This document shows, one piece after another, positions 1 to 10,874 of a DNA stretch of 35,650 nucleotides. The position numbers were made by a program, and so were the translations under genes. This stretch comes from Octopus bimaculoides (lineage: Eukaryota). The stretch lies in NCBI RefSeq assembly GCF_001194135.2, contig NC_068984.1, positions 75,325,103 to 75,360,752 of the forward strand. Reading direction: 5' to 3'. The notes under the pieces are model-generated. The model ran no database searches and was not told where the DNA came from. It saw only the letters and a program-made list of their open reading frames with translations. Within the stretch, counting starts at the first letter, position 1. Each line of letters begins with the position of its first letter.

Positions 1-44
1 ATATAAGTTTTTGAGTATATGTATGTATATCTGTCTGTCTTTGT

Positions 45-270
45 GGATGGATGGATGGATGGATGGATGGATGGATGACTGCTTGTGTGTACGCGTGCAT
101 ATATGTGTATGCATATATTTGAATGTGAGATGTATATACGTTTGTATAAGTACAGGAATATGAACGCATGCCGCTCTCTCTCTCTCTCTCTATCTCTCTT
201 TATTTCTTTCTCAATACATATACACACATATAGATAGACAGACCGACAAACCGACAGACAAACAATATTT

Positions 271-322
<52 letters not shown>
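45..322. repeat. Microsatellite cluster: (GGAT)n 45-76, (CT)n ~174-200, (AGAT)n ~271-322
   Basis: Directly visible tandem repeats. Confidence 0.95.
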
Positions 323-323
<1 letters not shown>

Positions 324-625
324 ATACATCATATACATTTATCCCTATAGATATGAATAAACATACATGGATGTATGCGTGATTGTGTGTGTGTATGTAT
401 GTGTGTGTGCGTGTGTATGTGCTTGTATGTGCGCGGGTGAATCGTTAAAGTTTTAGTTATGGTCTGCATCATCAAAATATTAAGCAGAAAAGTAAATAAA
501 CGATTTTGCCTCGAGGAAGAGAATTCTAACACTTCGTGTACTCCGAGAAATGTGAAAATGTGAATCTATCAACGTGTAAGCGTGCATGTATGGGTGTACA
601 TACATACATACATACATACATAACC

Positions 626-1014
626 TTTTACTTTTATTTGTTTCAGTCATATGACTGCGGCCATGAACCTAGTACTTATTCTATCGGTCTCTTTTGCCGA
701 ACCGATAGGTCATGGAGACGTGAACACACCAGCATCATTTGGCGAGCGATTTTTTTTGGAGGGTGGGGGGAGACAAACACTGACAGACAGACACACACAC
801 AGACACACAGACACAGACACATGCATATATATATATATATATATATATATACGACGGGCTTCTTTCAGTTTCCGTCTACCAAATCCACTCACATGACTTT
901 GGTCATCCCGAGGCCATAGTAGAAGACACTTGCCCAAGGTTCCACGCAGTGGGACTGAACCCGAAAGCATGTGGTTGGTAAGCAAGCTTCTTATGACACA
1001 CCCACTTCTATGCC
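626..1014 (-). mobile_element. tRNA-derived SINE, family A, with internal (TA)/(CA) microsatellite
   Basis: The reverse complement of ~850-1014 matches the head of the + copy at 5581 (B-box GGTTCAGTCCC, ACCTTGGGCAAGTG core). 626-790 matches the family tail (...TGACTGAAACAAATAAAAG). Confidence 0.85.
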
Positions 1015-1018
<4 letters not shown>

Positions 1019-1100
<82 letters not shown>

Positions 1101-1227
1101 CATATATGTATGCTTGTATGTATGTATCTATGTATATGTTTTTTATGCATGTGTGCATATATATTTATATATAGCTATATGCATACATATACACCAATGT
1201 ACGTATATACAGATAGAAAGATAAATG

Positions 1228-1291
<64 letters not shown>
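1019..1291. repeat. Compound microsatellite (TA)n(TG)n ... (ATAG)n
   Basis: Directly visible. Confidence 0.95.
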
Positions 1292-1683
1292 TAAATAAGA
1301 GTGTGAATGTGTATATATGTGTGTGGGTATATGGTTACAATGAAATTTCAATACACTCTCGTTCACACTAGAATGCGATGAAATAACAAAAGCTTGATTA
1401 GCAATTAATACGTTTTGTTTAAATTGCAATTAATTATAACGTTGGCAAAAATGTACCTAAGATGTACCCAATTACATGATAATGCGTACGCAATATTTAA
1501 GCGATGTCATCTTTACTTGATTGGATATATTCATTTAGAACATGGTGATATGAGAAAGGAATCTATATTACAATGCTAAAAGACTCCATGTAGACGCCAT
1601 AGAATAATTTCACCATGTTCGACAATCAGCGCTATTCCTTAGATTAAGTTATGACGTAGCTAAGATAGGGTTGTTATATATTG

Positions 1684-1896
1684 GTTTCAAATTTTGGCTC
1701 TATGCCAGCAATTATCGGGAAGGGGGTTGAGTCGATTACATCACCCCAGTACTCAACTGGTACTTATTTTATCAACCTCGAAAGGATGAAAGGCGAAGTC
1801 GACCTCGGTTGAATTTGAACTCAGAACGTAAAGATGGACGAAATCCTGCTAAGCATTTTTCCCAGCATGTTAACGATTCTACTGTTTCGCCGCCTT
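1684..1896 (-). mobile_element. SINE family B (AAGGCGGCGAGCTGGCAGAATCG head; ...CTTGTGCCAAAATTTGAAA tail)
   Basis: Aligns by eye to the copies at 14411, 24421 and 29408. A-box-like TGGCAGAATCG and B-box-like GAGTTCAAATTC in the family consensus. Confidence 0.88.
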
Positions 1897-2025
1897 AGGG
1901 TTGTTTTATATTCACATGTAAAACACTATGTTGTCGAATCTATGATTTCCTATCCATCAATGACAATCCTTGCAGACTACCGAGACTTTATACACCGGAA
2001 TCTCATAAACAATTGCTTCTCGATT

Positions 2026-2149
2026 TGTTAAAATTAGCAGCCAAACATTCTTCAAATAGCGCCCTATTATTTTTAACAATACGCATTATAATAATATTGT
2101 CCAGTGTAAACTATACTTGAAAACATAAGGGATGACCATGTCTGGAATG
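2026..2149 (+). repeat. Dispersed repeat family D fragment (AAATAGCAGCCAAAT...CAAAT core), unclassified
   Basis: Shares its core with 2716, 8248, 18513 and 21607, and with minus-strand copies at 6806 and 30310. Confidence 0.6.
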
Positions 2150-2452
2150 ATTTTCATCATACTTCTGTTTGAGCAGATCCAAGTAAAGGCTAAAAAAATA
2201 GCAAAAAATGGAATCAGCATAAAAATCATCAAACTCATAGCTAGTCAAGAAGAATAAAGGTATATATTTGTTTCTGTTTTTCCGTTTGTTCCCTAAGGAC
2301 TTTGTTGCCGGCTGTCGTCGCTTCAAGGCGTTTCGTAATGTCAGTAGTTTTTCCAAAATACCTTTAAAATGCCATCTCAAGGAATTACTCCGGGAATATA
2401 ACGACCTTTGATCACAGGTCTGCTCGTTCAGAACTGACCTGGAGCTAAACAG

Positions 2453-2704
2453 GGAGTAGAGGCACGTGGCTTAGTGGCTAGGGTATTGAACTTGCGATCG
2501 TAAGATTGTGGTTTCGATTCCTGGACCGGGCGACACGTTGTGTTCTTGAGCAAAACACTTCACTTCACGTTGCCCCACTCAGCTGACAAAAATGAGTAAC
2601 CCTGCGACGGGCCGGTGTTCCGTCCAGGTGGTAAATTTGTACACCCTGAAACCGGTAAACCGGTCCTTATGAGGCATGGCTCGAGAAAGGAACTTTAACT
2701 TTTA
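2453..2704 (+). mobile_element. Full-length tRNA-derived SINE, family C, with target-site duplication
   Basis: A-box TGGCTTAGTGG 2467-2477 and B-box GGTTTCGATTCC 2510-2521. Flanked by GAGCTAAACAG (2442-2452) and GGGCTAAACAG (2705-2715), 10/11 identical. Confidence 0.85.
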
Positions 2705-2715
2705 GGGCTAAACAG

Positions 2716-2925
2716 TAGCCAAATTTCTCTCAAATCAAACAATTCCGTTTAAGAAAAAAGAAAGAAAAAAAGGAAAGAAAAAAACAGAATGACAAGGACA
2801 TCTCAGAATACTTATAGATACAGTCCCAGAAACTCCCTACAAAGACAGGAAAGTCACAGGTAAAATGCCTTTGATCATAGGCTTTGATCATAAGTCTGTT
2901 TAAGGCTGAGATGGGATTAAATAAT
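2716..2925 (+). repeat. Dispersed repeat family D copy
   Basis: TAGCCAAATTTCTCTCAAATC...TAGATACA...ATGCCTTTGATCATAGG matches the other D copies. A D tail also lies at 2404-2452. Confidence 0.65.
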
Positions 2926-2930
2926 AATAA

Positions 2931-3126
2931 TTTCAAATTTTGGCACAAGGCCAGCAAGTTCGGAGAAGGGATAAGTCGATGTTCAACTGGTACTTATTTT
3001 ATCGACCTCGAGAGGATGAAAGGCAAAGACGACCTCAGTGGAATTTGAATTCAGAACGTAAAGACGAACGAAATGCCGTTAAGAATTTTTCCCGGTGTGC
3101 TAACGATTTTGCCAGTTCACCGCCTT
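2931..3126 (-). mobile_element. SINE family B
   Basis: Aligns with the other B copies from head to tail. Confidence 0.88.
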
Positions 3127-3204
3127 GAGGTTAAATAATAATAACAATAACAACAACAAATTCTCAGATATATACACATCAGATGTACACTCGTGTTAGC
3201 GCAG

Positions 3205-3600
3205 TTTATTTATTTATTAATGCATAGGTAAATACTTTTATTATCACAATTTAATTACAAGGAAACAAAGAAACAGAAAAAAGTGGGGGAAGGGATTAAG
3301 CAGCAGAAGGGGTAGGGGGAGGGAGCCAGGAGCCGCACTCCCCAGAATAAATGGTGTGTTCAGCTGTGCCCCGCGGTATTGATTGCGATGGCATTGCCGC
3401 GGAGAATAGCCAGCGACACTTGCTGCAGCGGCCCCACCTCGAGGGGCTAATTTCTCAGACGGGGACGCCGTTATCTCGATTTTGCGGAGGAAAACGGCAG
3501 TAAGTGGTCCAAGAACATTTGAGGTTTCAACGGCGACCGACACAAACTAATAGCGGCCGCTCAGGCCCCTATTGACTAATGACAAAGACGTTACCCTTTA
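3205..3600 (-). mobile_element. 3' fragment of a CRE-like (restriction-like endonuclease) non-LTR retrotransposon
   Basis: Minus-strand translation GLSGRY*FVSVAVETSNVLGPLTAVFLRKI, then a frameshift into LQQVSLAILRGNAIAINTAGHS* (3428-3360). This resembles the CRE-clade C-terminal motifs F.P.AVET.G..G and QR.S.A.QRGNA, from memory of the family. Followed by a pyrimidine-rich 3'UTR, AATAAA (3237-3242) and a (TAAA)n tail (3205-3218). Confidence 0.65.
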
Positions 3601-3661
3601 CGGTGAGAAGGAACCGGAAGTTATACCTTTTTGAATTGAGCAGATACACGCCTTCTTTTGT

Positions 3662-3823
3662 CTTTTACCTTTTATCTGTTTCAGTCATTAGACTGCGGCC
3701 ACGAAGGGCAACACCTTGAAGAATTTTTAGTCGAACAAATCGACCCCCATTACTTATTTTACTTTAAACCTGGTACTTATTCTATCGTTGTCTTTTGCCG
3801 AACCGCGAGGTTACGAGGGACGT
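3662..3823 (-). mobile_element. SINE family A, 3' tail fragment
   Basis: TGTTTCAGTCATT.GACTGCGGCCA...GTACTTATTCTATCG...TTTTGCCGAACCGC matches the family A tail. Confidence 0.8.
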
Positions 3824-4034
3824 CTACATACTTCTGTATTTTTATACAGCCTACTAACTTACAGCCACTGACTCATCACTGCTAGTATACTTTAGACTAG
3901 TTAGGAAAGTGGGTGGTACTACAATATAGTAAGCAATAAAAGTATCATCTGAGAAAAAAAATCAACTTTTATTTAATACCTAAAATAAAGCAATAAAACA
4001 AACACACAAAAAACATTAAACTAGTCATTTATTA

Positions 4035-4172
4035 AAACTTTTCCTGTAACTAATTTCCTGTGACTTTTTTTCTGTGACATTCTTTCCTGTGATCTCACTC
4101 TTTGATTTTTACGTGATTATTTTATGTGATATTTTTCTGTGATTTTTTTTTTTCCTTCTAACCTTTTCCTGG
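4035..4172. repeat. Array of about 8 degenerate TTTCCTGTGA motifs, possibly DNA-transposon subterminal repeats
   Basis: Motif repetition is directly visible. The classification is inference. Confidence 0.45.
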
Positions 4173-4307
4173 ATTTAAAATCTAACTGGAGTACGAAAAA
4201 CAACATTGGTTCAATAATTAATATTATTTTAATCATTTGAACTAATATTGTCTTTTCCTCAACATACAAGTATTGTTAATCAATTGAATTTTCAATGCTT
4301 CTTACAT

Positions 4308-4453
4308 CAGGCATAGCTGTCTGGTTAAGAAGCTCGCTTTACAACCATGTGACTTTGGGTTCAGTCCCACAGTGCGGCACTAGCATCTTTTACTATAGCC
4401 TCGGGTCGACTAATGTCTTGTGAATGAATTTGATGCATGGAATCTTGTCGTAT
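4308..4453 (+). mobile_element. SINE family A, head fragment
   Basis: AGCTGTCTGGTTAAG A-box region, GGTTCAGTCCC B-box and TACTATAGCCTCGGGTCGAC core. Confidence 0.8.
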
Positions 4454-5192
4454 ACACAATAATTCAAGGGCCTAGAGTTTCGTATTAAGTTTTATTTTGT
4501 TTTAAGTCAAAGCTTGTCCTGGTATATTTGGTGTTTAAACAACTGAAAGTGGAAAACTGAAGGGGCCCTAAACGGGTATTCCGTTGCAGGGTTAATTCTC
4601 CATCTGTAACTCTCCAACTAGTATACATTTTTAGTTGGATTGACTGAAGTATCAAGGAAGGAAGTGTTTTGTTCAACGACGCAACGTGCCCCACAATCTT
4701 GAGTCGAAACCACCTCCTAGCGATTGTGATGAGCTCAACCCCCAAGAGGGTGGAAGAAAAAGTGAAAGAACGAAAGTGAGTGGGAGCAAGAGAAATGTGT
4801 CAAGAAAAAAGAAAAAAATCTACGAAAACGGGGTGATTTAGAGAGGTAACATGATAAAATGACAGAACAAAGTGAGTGAATGAATGATAAAGGTAAAATA
4901 GAGATTGAAAGAGAAAGAGACGAATTCTGTATAATATCGAAGTTTGTGAGGATGGTAGGGAAAAAACCTGGAAAACGAAGAGAAGAGGAGAAAACTGGTT
5001 ATGATCGAGAGAGAAAAAGAGGATAAACTATCCCCCTCTCACTCTCTTTCTCACTCCTTTTCTCTTAGTTTCTCTTTCTCTTTCCCTCTCTCATTCTCTC
5101 TCTATTTCTATCCTCCCTACATACACATATGTATGCATGTATGTATGTATGTATGTATGTATTATGTATGTATAAAGAGAGGAGGGGAGGGG

Positions 5193-5269
5193 AGAAGAAG
5201 AAGAAGAAGAAGAAGAAGAAGAAGAAGAAGAAGAAGAAGAAGAAGAAGAAGAAGAAGAAGAAGAAGAAG

Positions 5270-5302
<33 letters not shown>
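5193..5302. repeat. (GAA)n followed by (CAA)n microsatellite
   Basis: Directly visible. Confidence 0.97.
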
Positions 5303-5304
<2 letters not shown>

Positions 5305-5580
5305 GATATATTTACACCAGCATATAATAAAAAAAAAGTAAAGGTTTAAAGCTTTGTTGTGAATGAAAAGCATAACGAATTTATAGAAATCTAGTCATAC
5401 CAGTGTTCACATTCATATCATTTCCTATTCAATTATTAATTTTTTTTTCTCCAGAACGTAATAGCTTATTATCGTTTTTGTTGTTGTTGTTGTTGTAGTC
5501 ATATTTAGCCCTAGGCAGCCCACAAGTAAGCTGATAAAAGTCGTTCAATTGCTACTTTTTGCTTTGTATTTTTCTTTTTT

Positions 5581-5730
5581 GGGCGCAGGCGTGGCTGTGT
5601 GGTAAGGAGCTTGCTTCCCTACCACATGCTTCTGGGTTCAGTCCCACTGCATAGTACCTTGAGCAGGTGTCTTCTACTAAGGCCTCGGGCCGACCAAAGC
5701 CTTGTGAGTGTATTTGGCAGACAGGTATAT

Positions 5731-5762
<32 letters not shown>

Positions 5763-6394
5763 TATTTATATATATATATNNNNNNNNNNNNNNNNNNNNN
5801 NNNNNNNNNNNNNNNNNNNNNNNNNNNNNNNNNNNNNNNNNNNNNNNNNNNNNNNNNNNNNNNNNNNNNNNNNNNNNNNNNNNNNNNNNNNNNNNNNNNN
5901 NNNNNNNNNNNNNNNNNNNNNNNNNNNNNNNNNNNNNNNNNNNNNNNNNNNNNNNNNNNNNNNNNNNNNNNNNNNNNNNNNNNNNNNNNNNNNNNNNNNN
6001 NNNNNNNNNNNNNNNNNNNNNNNNNNNNNNNNNNNNNNNNNNNNNNNNNNNNNNNNNNNNNNNNNNNNNNNNNNNNNNNNNNNNNNNNNNNNNNNNNNNN
6101 NNNNNNNNNNNNNNNNNNNNNNNNNNNNNNNNNNNNNNNNNNNNNNNNNNNNNNNNNNNNNNNNNNNNNNNNNNNNNNNNNNNNNNNNNNNNNNNNNNNN
6201 NNNNNNNNNNNNNNNNNNNNNNNNNNNNNNNNNNNNNNNNNNNNNNNNNNNNNNNNNNNNNNNNNNNNNNNNNNNNNNNNNNNNNNNNNNNNNNNNNNNN
6301 NNNNNNNNNNNNNNNNNNNNNNNNNNNNNNNNNNNNNNNNNNNNNNNNNNNNNNNNNNNNNNNNNNNNNNNNNNNNNNNNNNNNNNNNNNNNNN

Positions 6395-6436
<42 letters not shown>

Positions 6437-6625
6437 TGTGTTTGTCTCCACCACCATCGTTTGACAATCGATGTTGGTGTGTCTACGTCCCTGTAACTTA
6501 GCGTTCGGCAAAAGAAACTGATGAAATAAGTACTAGGCTTACAAAGAATAAGTCCTGTTCAACAAAAAAATCGGTGCTCCGGCATGGCCGCAGTCAAATG
6601 ACTGAAACAAATAAAAGAATAAAAG
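5581..6625 (+). mobile_element. SINE family A with internal (TA)n...(TG)n expansion spanning an assembly gap
   Basis: A-box TGGCTGTGTGG 5592-5602, B-box GGTTCAGTCCC 5635-5645, tail ~6433-6625 ending AATGACTGAAACAAATAAAAGAATAAAAG. Confidence 0.85.
5780..6394. other. Assembly gap (N run). Other gaps: 20231-20295, 22841-22931, 25437-25446, 30597-30994, 31698-32256
   Basis: N characters. Every gap is flanked by simple repeats on at least one side. Confidence 1.
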
Positions 6626-6805
6626 AATTAATGACTACGTTATTCAATGCAGTAAAGCCATCTTAAAGCATGAATACACTGGACAGTTGTCCGGAGGTGG
6701 GGAGTTCAATACTAACCTACGTACGCTTTGGTTATATATGTAGAAGGCCCTATATTTTCCCATAGCATGACGCCTGTAATGACTTTAAAACAGCTCTGAT
6801 CTAAC

Positions 6806-6866
6806 GTTATTTGGAAAGGATTTGGTTACTATTTCTAGCAACCACATAGAGATTCTACCTTGGCTC
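6806..6866 (-). repeat. Family D fragment
   Basis: Reverse complement GAGCCAAGG...GCTAGAAATAGTAACCAAATCC matches the 21607 and 18513 copies. Confidence 0.55.
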
Positions 6867-7059
6867 GTAATATTTTTTATTGTTTACTTTAAATGAAACA
6901 TCATATTTCATGGTTTTACATCCGGGATAATAAGAGAAAATGTTTCCAATTTATGCAAACACTACAACAAAGACAGCTAATCAAATAAAGACTAAGATTT
7001 ACTGTAAACATTCTCAGCACATAGAACATAGACGCGCATATACACATAGATAACCATGC

Positions 7060-7600
7060 AAATCTATACACACATACATATATGCTTATACATGAATATG
7101 CTCATACACTTACAAAGCACATATTGACACATACGCATACACACGTATGCATACGTATGCATGCTTGTAAGTATATCAATGCACACAAATACATCATGTA
7201 CGGGAGTGAGTAGATACATATACATACATATATAAGTGTATATATATGTGAGTGTGTGTATATATATGTGTGCGTGTATATATATGGATATGTATGAGCA
7301 TATGTATGCATATATGTCTATGTGTATATGTGTGTGTGCGTGCGTGCGTGCGTGAGTCTCTCTCTCTATAAGTGTGTGTGTGGGGGTTATATATGTGTTA
7401 GTGTGCACGCGCAATCACACTTATATGTGAGGGAGAGAGAGAGAATGAGTGAGAGGGAGAGATGGTAGAGAGAAACATTCTCATTCAGAAACACACCTTA
7501 CTAATGTACATTCACACGCAAGCACATATAGGTATACACATGCGCATATACGCTCGCACAATGGAACACACACACACACACACACACAAACACACACATA
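7060..7600. repeat. Cryptic or compound (TA/TG/CA/GA) simple-repeat tract
   Basis: Directly visible. It generates the spurious H/T/Y/I-rich ORFs. Confidence 0.9.
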
Positions 7601-8247
7601 CACATACATGCACCTACGAGCATATTTCGCATTTCGACTATGGACAAAGTTCACAGGAGATATTCGCTTGAAAATAAACTGTTTAACTGTGTTTTGTTTG
7701 TTGTGCTTCGCTGGTGTTATCTTTGTAAACAAAATCTTGGTTTTAGTTGCAGAGATATGGGGGAAAGAGGGGAGTGTTAAAGAAAGAATCTTCCTTCCCC
7801 CTTCCCTCCTCCCTTTCTTCCTCCTCCCCTCCTCCTCTGCCTCCTGTATTCTTCGTTGCAACAAAGATATTCGAAGGATTTCACAATATGTAAATATCAT
7901 GCTTAACTAACACGTATGTAACCCGCTCATTTGTAACACACAGGCTATTGTCTTCAAAAACGTCAAAAATAAAGATGAAAAAAATAAATAAATAAAAGAA
8001 GCAAGAATTCTTTGGATATTGTAGTCCTTGATAGACATGGAATTAAGTTTAAGAATAAAAGACAGAGCGAAACGGGATGGGATGCTTGGTAACAAATGAA
8101 ACACGTCTGTTTGAGCAAGGCTCACTTCGAGTCACTACTACTATTACTATTACTATTACTACTACTGCCGCTGTTGCCGCTGTTGCTGCTGGATATACCT
8201 TTCTACACGAGCAACGAAGGACTGTCTGCGCGGGCTCTCAACGTGTA

Positions 8248-8439
8248 AGAAATAGAAACTAAACCCTCCTCAAATTTCAGTCCCACCGTCTTAAAATTAA
8301 AAAAAAAATCGATGGATTCGTCTCATATACAATATAATTGAAAAAAAAAAATCAGCAAAAGAAAAGAAAGAATCTGACGGATAGTATGCCTTTGAAAATA
8401 TGTCTCTTCAATAACAGCAGACTCGAGGCTAAACAACAG
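8248..8439 (+). repeat. Family D copy
   Basis: AGAAATAG..ACTAAA...CTCAAAT...CCCACCGTCTTAAAA...ATGCCTTTGA...GAGGCTAAACAACAG. Confidence 0.6.
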
Positions 8440-8619
8440 AAAAAACACATTCATCGTTGTTGATTTTTTTTCTTAAAGCTATATCGTTAAACAGACAACT
8501 GAAGACTCAACATAAATATTAGTTTCTTTTCATATATAATCCCCTATTTTTTTTGTCTGTTCAGTACAATTCCTTAATACTAGATGTAAACTGATGGCTA
8601 AGTCGAATACAAGAAAACT

Positions 8620-8945
8620 AGTCACAAGGGAAGGAAAAGTTCACAGGAAAAAAAATCACAGGAAAATTTCAATAAATGGTATTTATATTTTTCATTGTTT
8701 TAAGATATCGAATAAACGTGATTTTTTCCAACATTTATGTAATTCCATTGTATAAACTGTGTTGTCATTGTGAACAAGTAACACATTGGCAGTTATTAAC
8801 AGGCTTAGAATATTATTTGTTTAATTATTTTAGTTATTGTTTATGATATTTAAATCATAAGTGGCATTTTTTCCTTGTACTTTTTGTTTTCCTAGTTCAA
8901 AAAATGTAGCACTTATTTCTTGTGACAATATTTCCTCTCACCCAC
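8620..8945. mobile_element. Possible MITE or foldback relic with inverted TCACAGGAAA motif arrays
   Basis: TCACAGGAAAA repeats at the left (~8620-8670) and TTCCTTGTAC/TTCTTGTGAC motifs at the right (~8868-8940). The same motif occurs at 4035-4172. Confidence 0.35.
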
Positions 8946-9244
8946 ACCAATAGAACAACAATTTTTTTTTCTTTTTCTTCAATATTTTCCTTTAACATAT
9001 TAACCTAACATAAGGCGGTAGATAGCAGAAACAACAGAGCATCGAACAAAATACATTATGGAGTTCAAAAATGTCTCTTTACATGTTGATTTTAAGTCCC
9101 ACCAAGGTTAATATTGGCTCTCATCCTTCTGAAATTATTTTAAAATATAGCAATTAAGTAGATGTATCGATTTAATCAACTAAACTTACCCAGCAAATCT
9201 AAGACCATGTGCCAATGTTAGACGTTAATATATATAATTAAGAT

Positions 9245-9435
9245 AAGGTGTGAGCTGGCAGAATCGTTAGCACGCCGGACAAAATGCTCAGTGACATCTC
9301 GTTTGTCCCCATTCTCTGAATTCAAATTCCACAGAGATCAGCTTTGACTTTCATCCTTTTGGGATGAGCACTGGGGTCGATGTAATAAACTTAGCCCTTA
9401 CCCGAAAATTCTGACCTTGTGTCAAAATTTGAAAC
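9245..9435 (+). mobile_element. SINE family B (small internal deletion)
   Basis: GAGCTGGCAGAATCGTTAGCACGCCGG head and CTTGTGTCAAAATTTGAAAC tail. Confidence 0.85.
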
Positions 9436-9784
9436 CTATGTATATAAATAAGATGACAAAATAATTACAATTATGACACACTATAAATACGGAGCTCATG
9501 AAAAGAGACCCAACGAGCTTATCTTTTGTCCATTTGACAAAGGTAGATGCTTATGGGATACATTAAGTGATAATTTCGATCCCCGACATCTAATACTACA
9601 GTGGTGATGTGGCTACCGCATCCTTCACTGCTCGGAACAAGTGGTAGAAGAGCCGCTAATTGCAGGTGAACTACAATTTTATACCATGGAAATTGAAACG
9701 TTTGAAGGAGTTGATTCTTGTTCTTGACTTCTTTAACACCCAGTCTAACGTAAAATACCCAATGAAGCTCATGAAAGCTCAAGA

Positions 9785-10156
9785 TTGTTCAAGCGTCTAA
9801 CCTTCGCGCTCATTTACAATAATGATAAGGTAGTGTTCAGTTTCTTCCTAAGATTAAGTAAAAGAAAAATGGAAAAAAGAAAGAAAAACTCAGTTATAGA
9901 ACTGCCCAACGGAACACAATTCCAGGTTGTGGTGGAAGGCAGAAAGCCAAGGTTCCACACTTGTGGGTCTAACACACATTTGAAGGCCCTCTGCTCACAA
10001 CAACAACAACAAAATGGAGTTAGAGGAACGGCGGCTCTGCTACCACCACCACCACAAGAAGGCCAAAAGCTGCAACAACAATTAATGCAGCAACAGCCGT
10101 TAAAGCAACATCTTAAACAGCAGAATTTCCTCACAACAACGGCACCAACACTGTAG
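9785..10156 (+). pseudogene. LINE ORF1 (gag-like) remnant with mutated CCHC zinc knuckle
   Basis: VVVEGRKPR-F-HT-C-GSNT-H-LKAL-C at 9953-9994 is CX2CX4HX4C with the first Cys (TGC) changed to TTC. Followed by low-complexity Q/T-rich sequence. Confidence 0.75.
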
Positions 10157-10874
10157 CAGTGGAAACAAGCAACACCCAACCATCCCTGCAGACGGGCGAC
10201 ACAGATACGCCATGTACTCCCGACACTGGCGATTCAGAAGCCTTATCATGCGACGAGAAGGAATTGAATCCACCAAGAAGGACTTGTGTTTGGGAAAAGA
10301 GAAAAGATATTTAAAAATATGACCGTCCTAAGCTGAAAGTGAAAAGACAAGACGAGGAAAATTCACCTAATCCATCATTTACACTAACAACAACACCGAC
10401 GCAGTCACCCAATCCCAACATCAAAAGCAATGTAAATACTTTCAACCACAAACGCAACTACAAAAAGCACCAAAACAGAAACAAATACACGAAGAGAAAC
10501 AACAATCACAAGAACAACCGGTACAACTAATTACAGAATCCGAACGACTCATTAACTTCACAGTCGTTCGCAAGAGAAACAGCGAGCTGATGCAGGAAGT
10601 GTTGAACAGCATGAATATTCATACAAAAGGAGTAGGGTTCGATGAATTCTTTCGAAAAGTCCCCATGACAGCTTATAAAAACCGACACAAACACATACCT
10701 AGAACTAAAAAGAAAATATCCAAAAGATATTAGGCCGTTTAGGATAAAGCCGGACAAAAGTATATTGGGAAGGCCTTTCATTAAAGATAATGCTTCAGAC
10801 AAGGCAGCTGAATCAGCCGACATTCTCAAAATCCAAGGTAAGTGACCTTCTTCCATTTTATCTCTCCGATAAAC

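Noticed and set aside
2453-2530. tRNA-like heads here and at 5581, 19225 and 34133 as tRNA genes
   Set aside because: A and B boxes are present, but they continue into SINE bodies and tails, with TSDs in two cases and no complete cloverleaf.
3515-3570. Minus-strand CTGA...stem...GAAAC as a hammerhead
   Set aside because: The core reads CTGAGCG rather than CTGANGA, there is no stem I, and it lies within the retroelement coding remnant.
3300-3625. GC/CpG-rich patch with a NotI site and CCGGAAGT (ETS-like) as a promoter CpG island
   Set aside because: Better explained as the coding 3' end of a CRE-like retroelement, and no adjacent gene start is seen.
4485-4745. 86-aa minus-strand ORF in unique-looking DNA
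   Set aside because: No recognisable motif, a non-ATG start, and a length compatible with chance.
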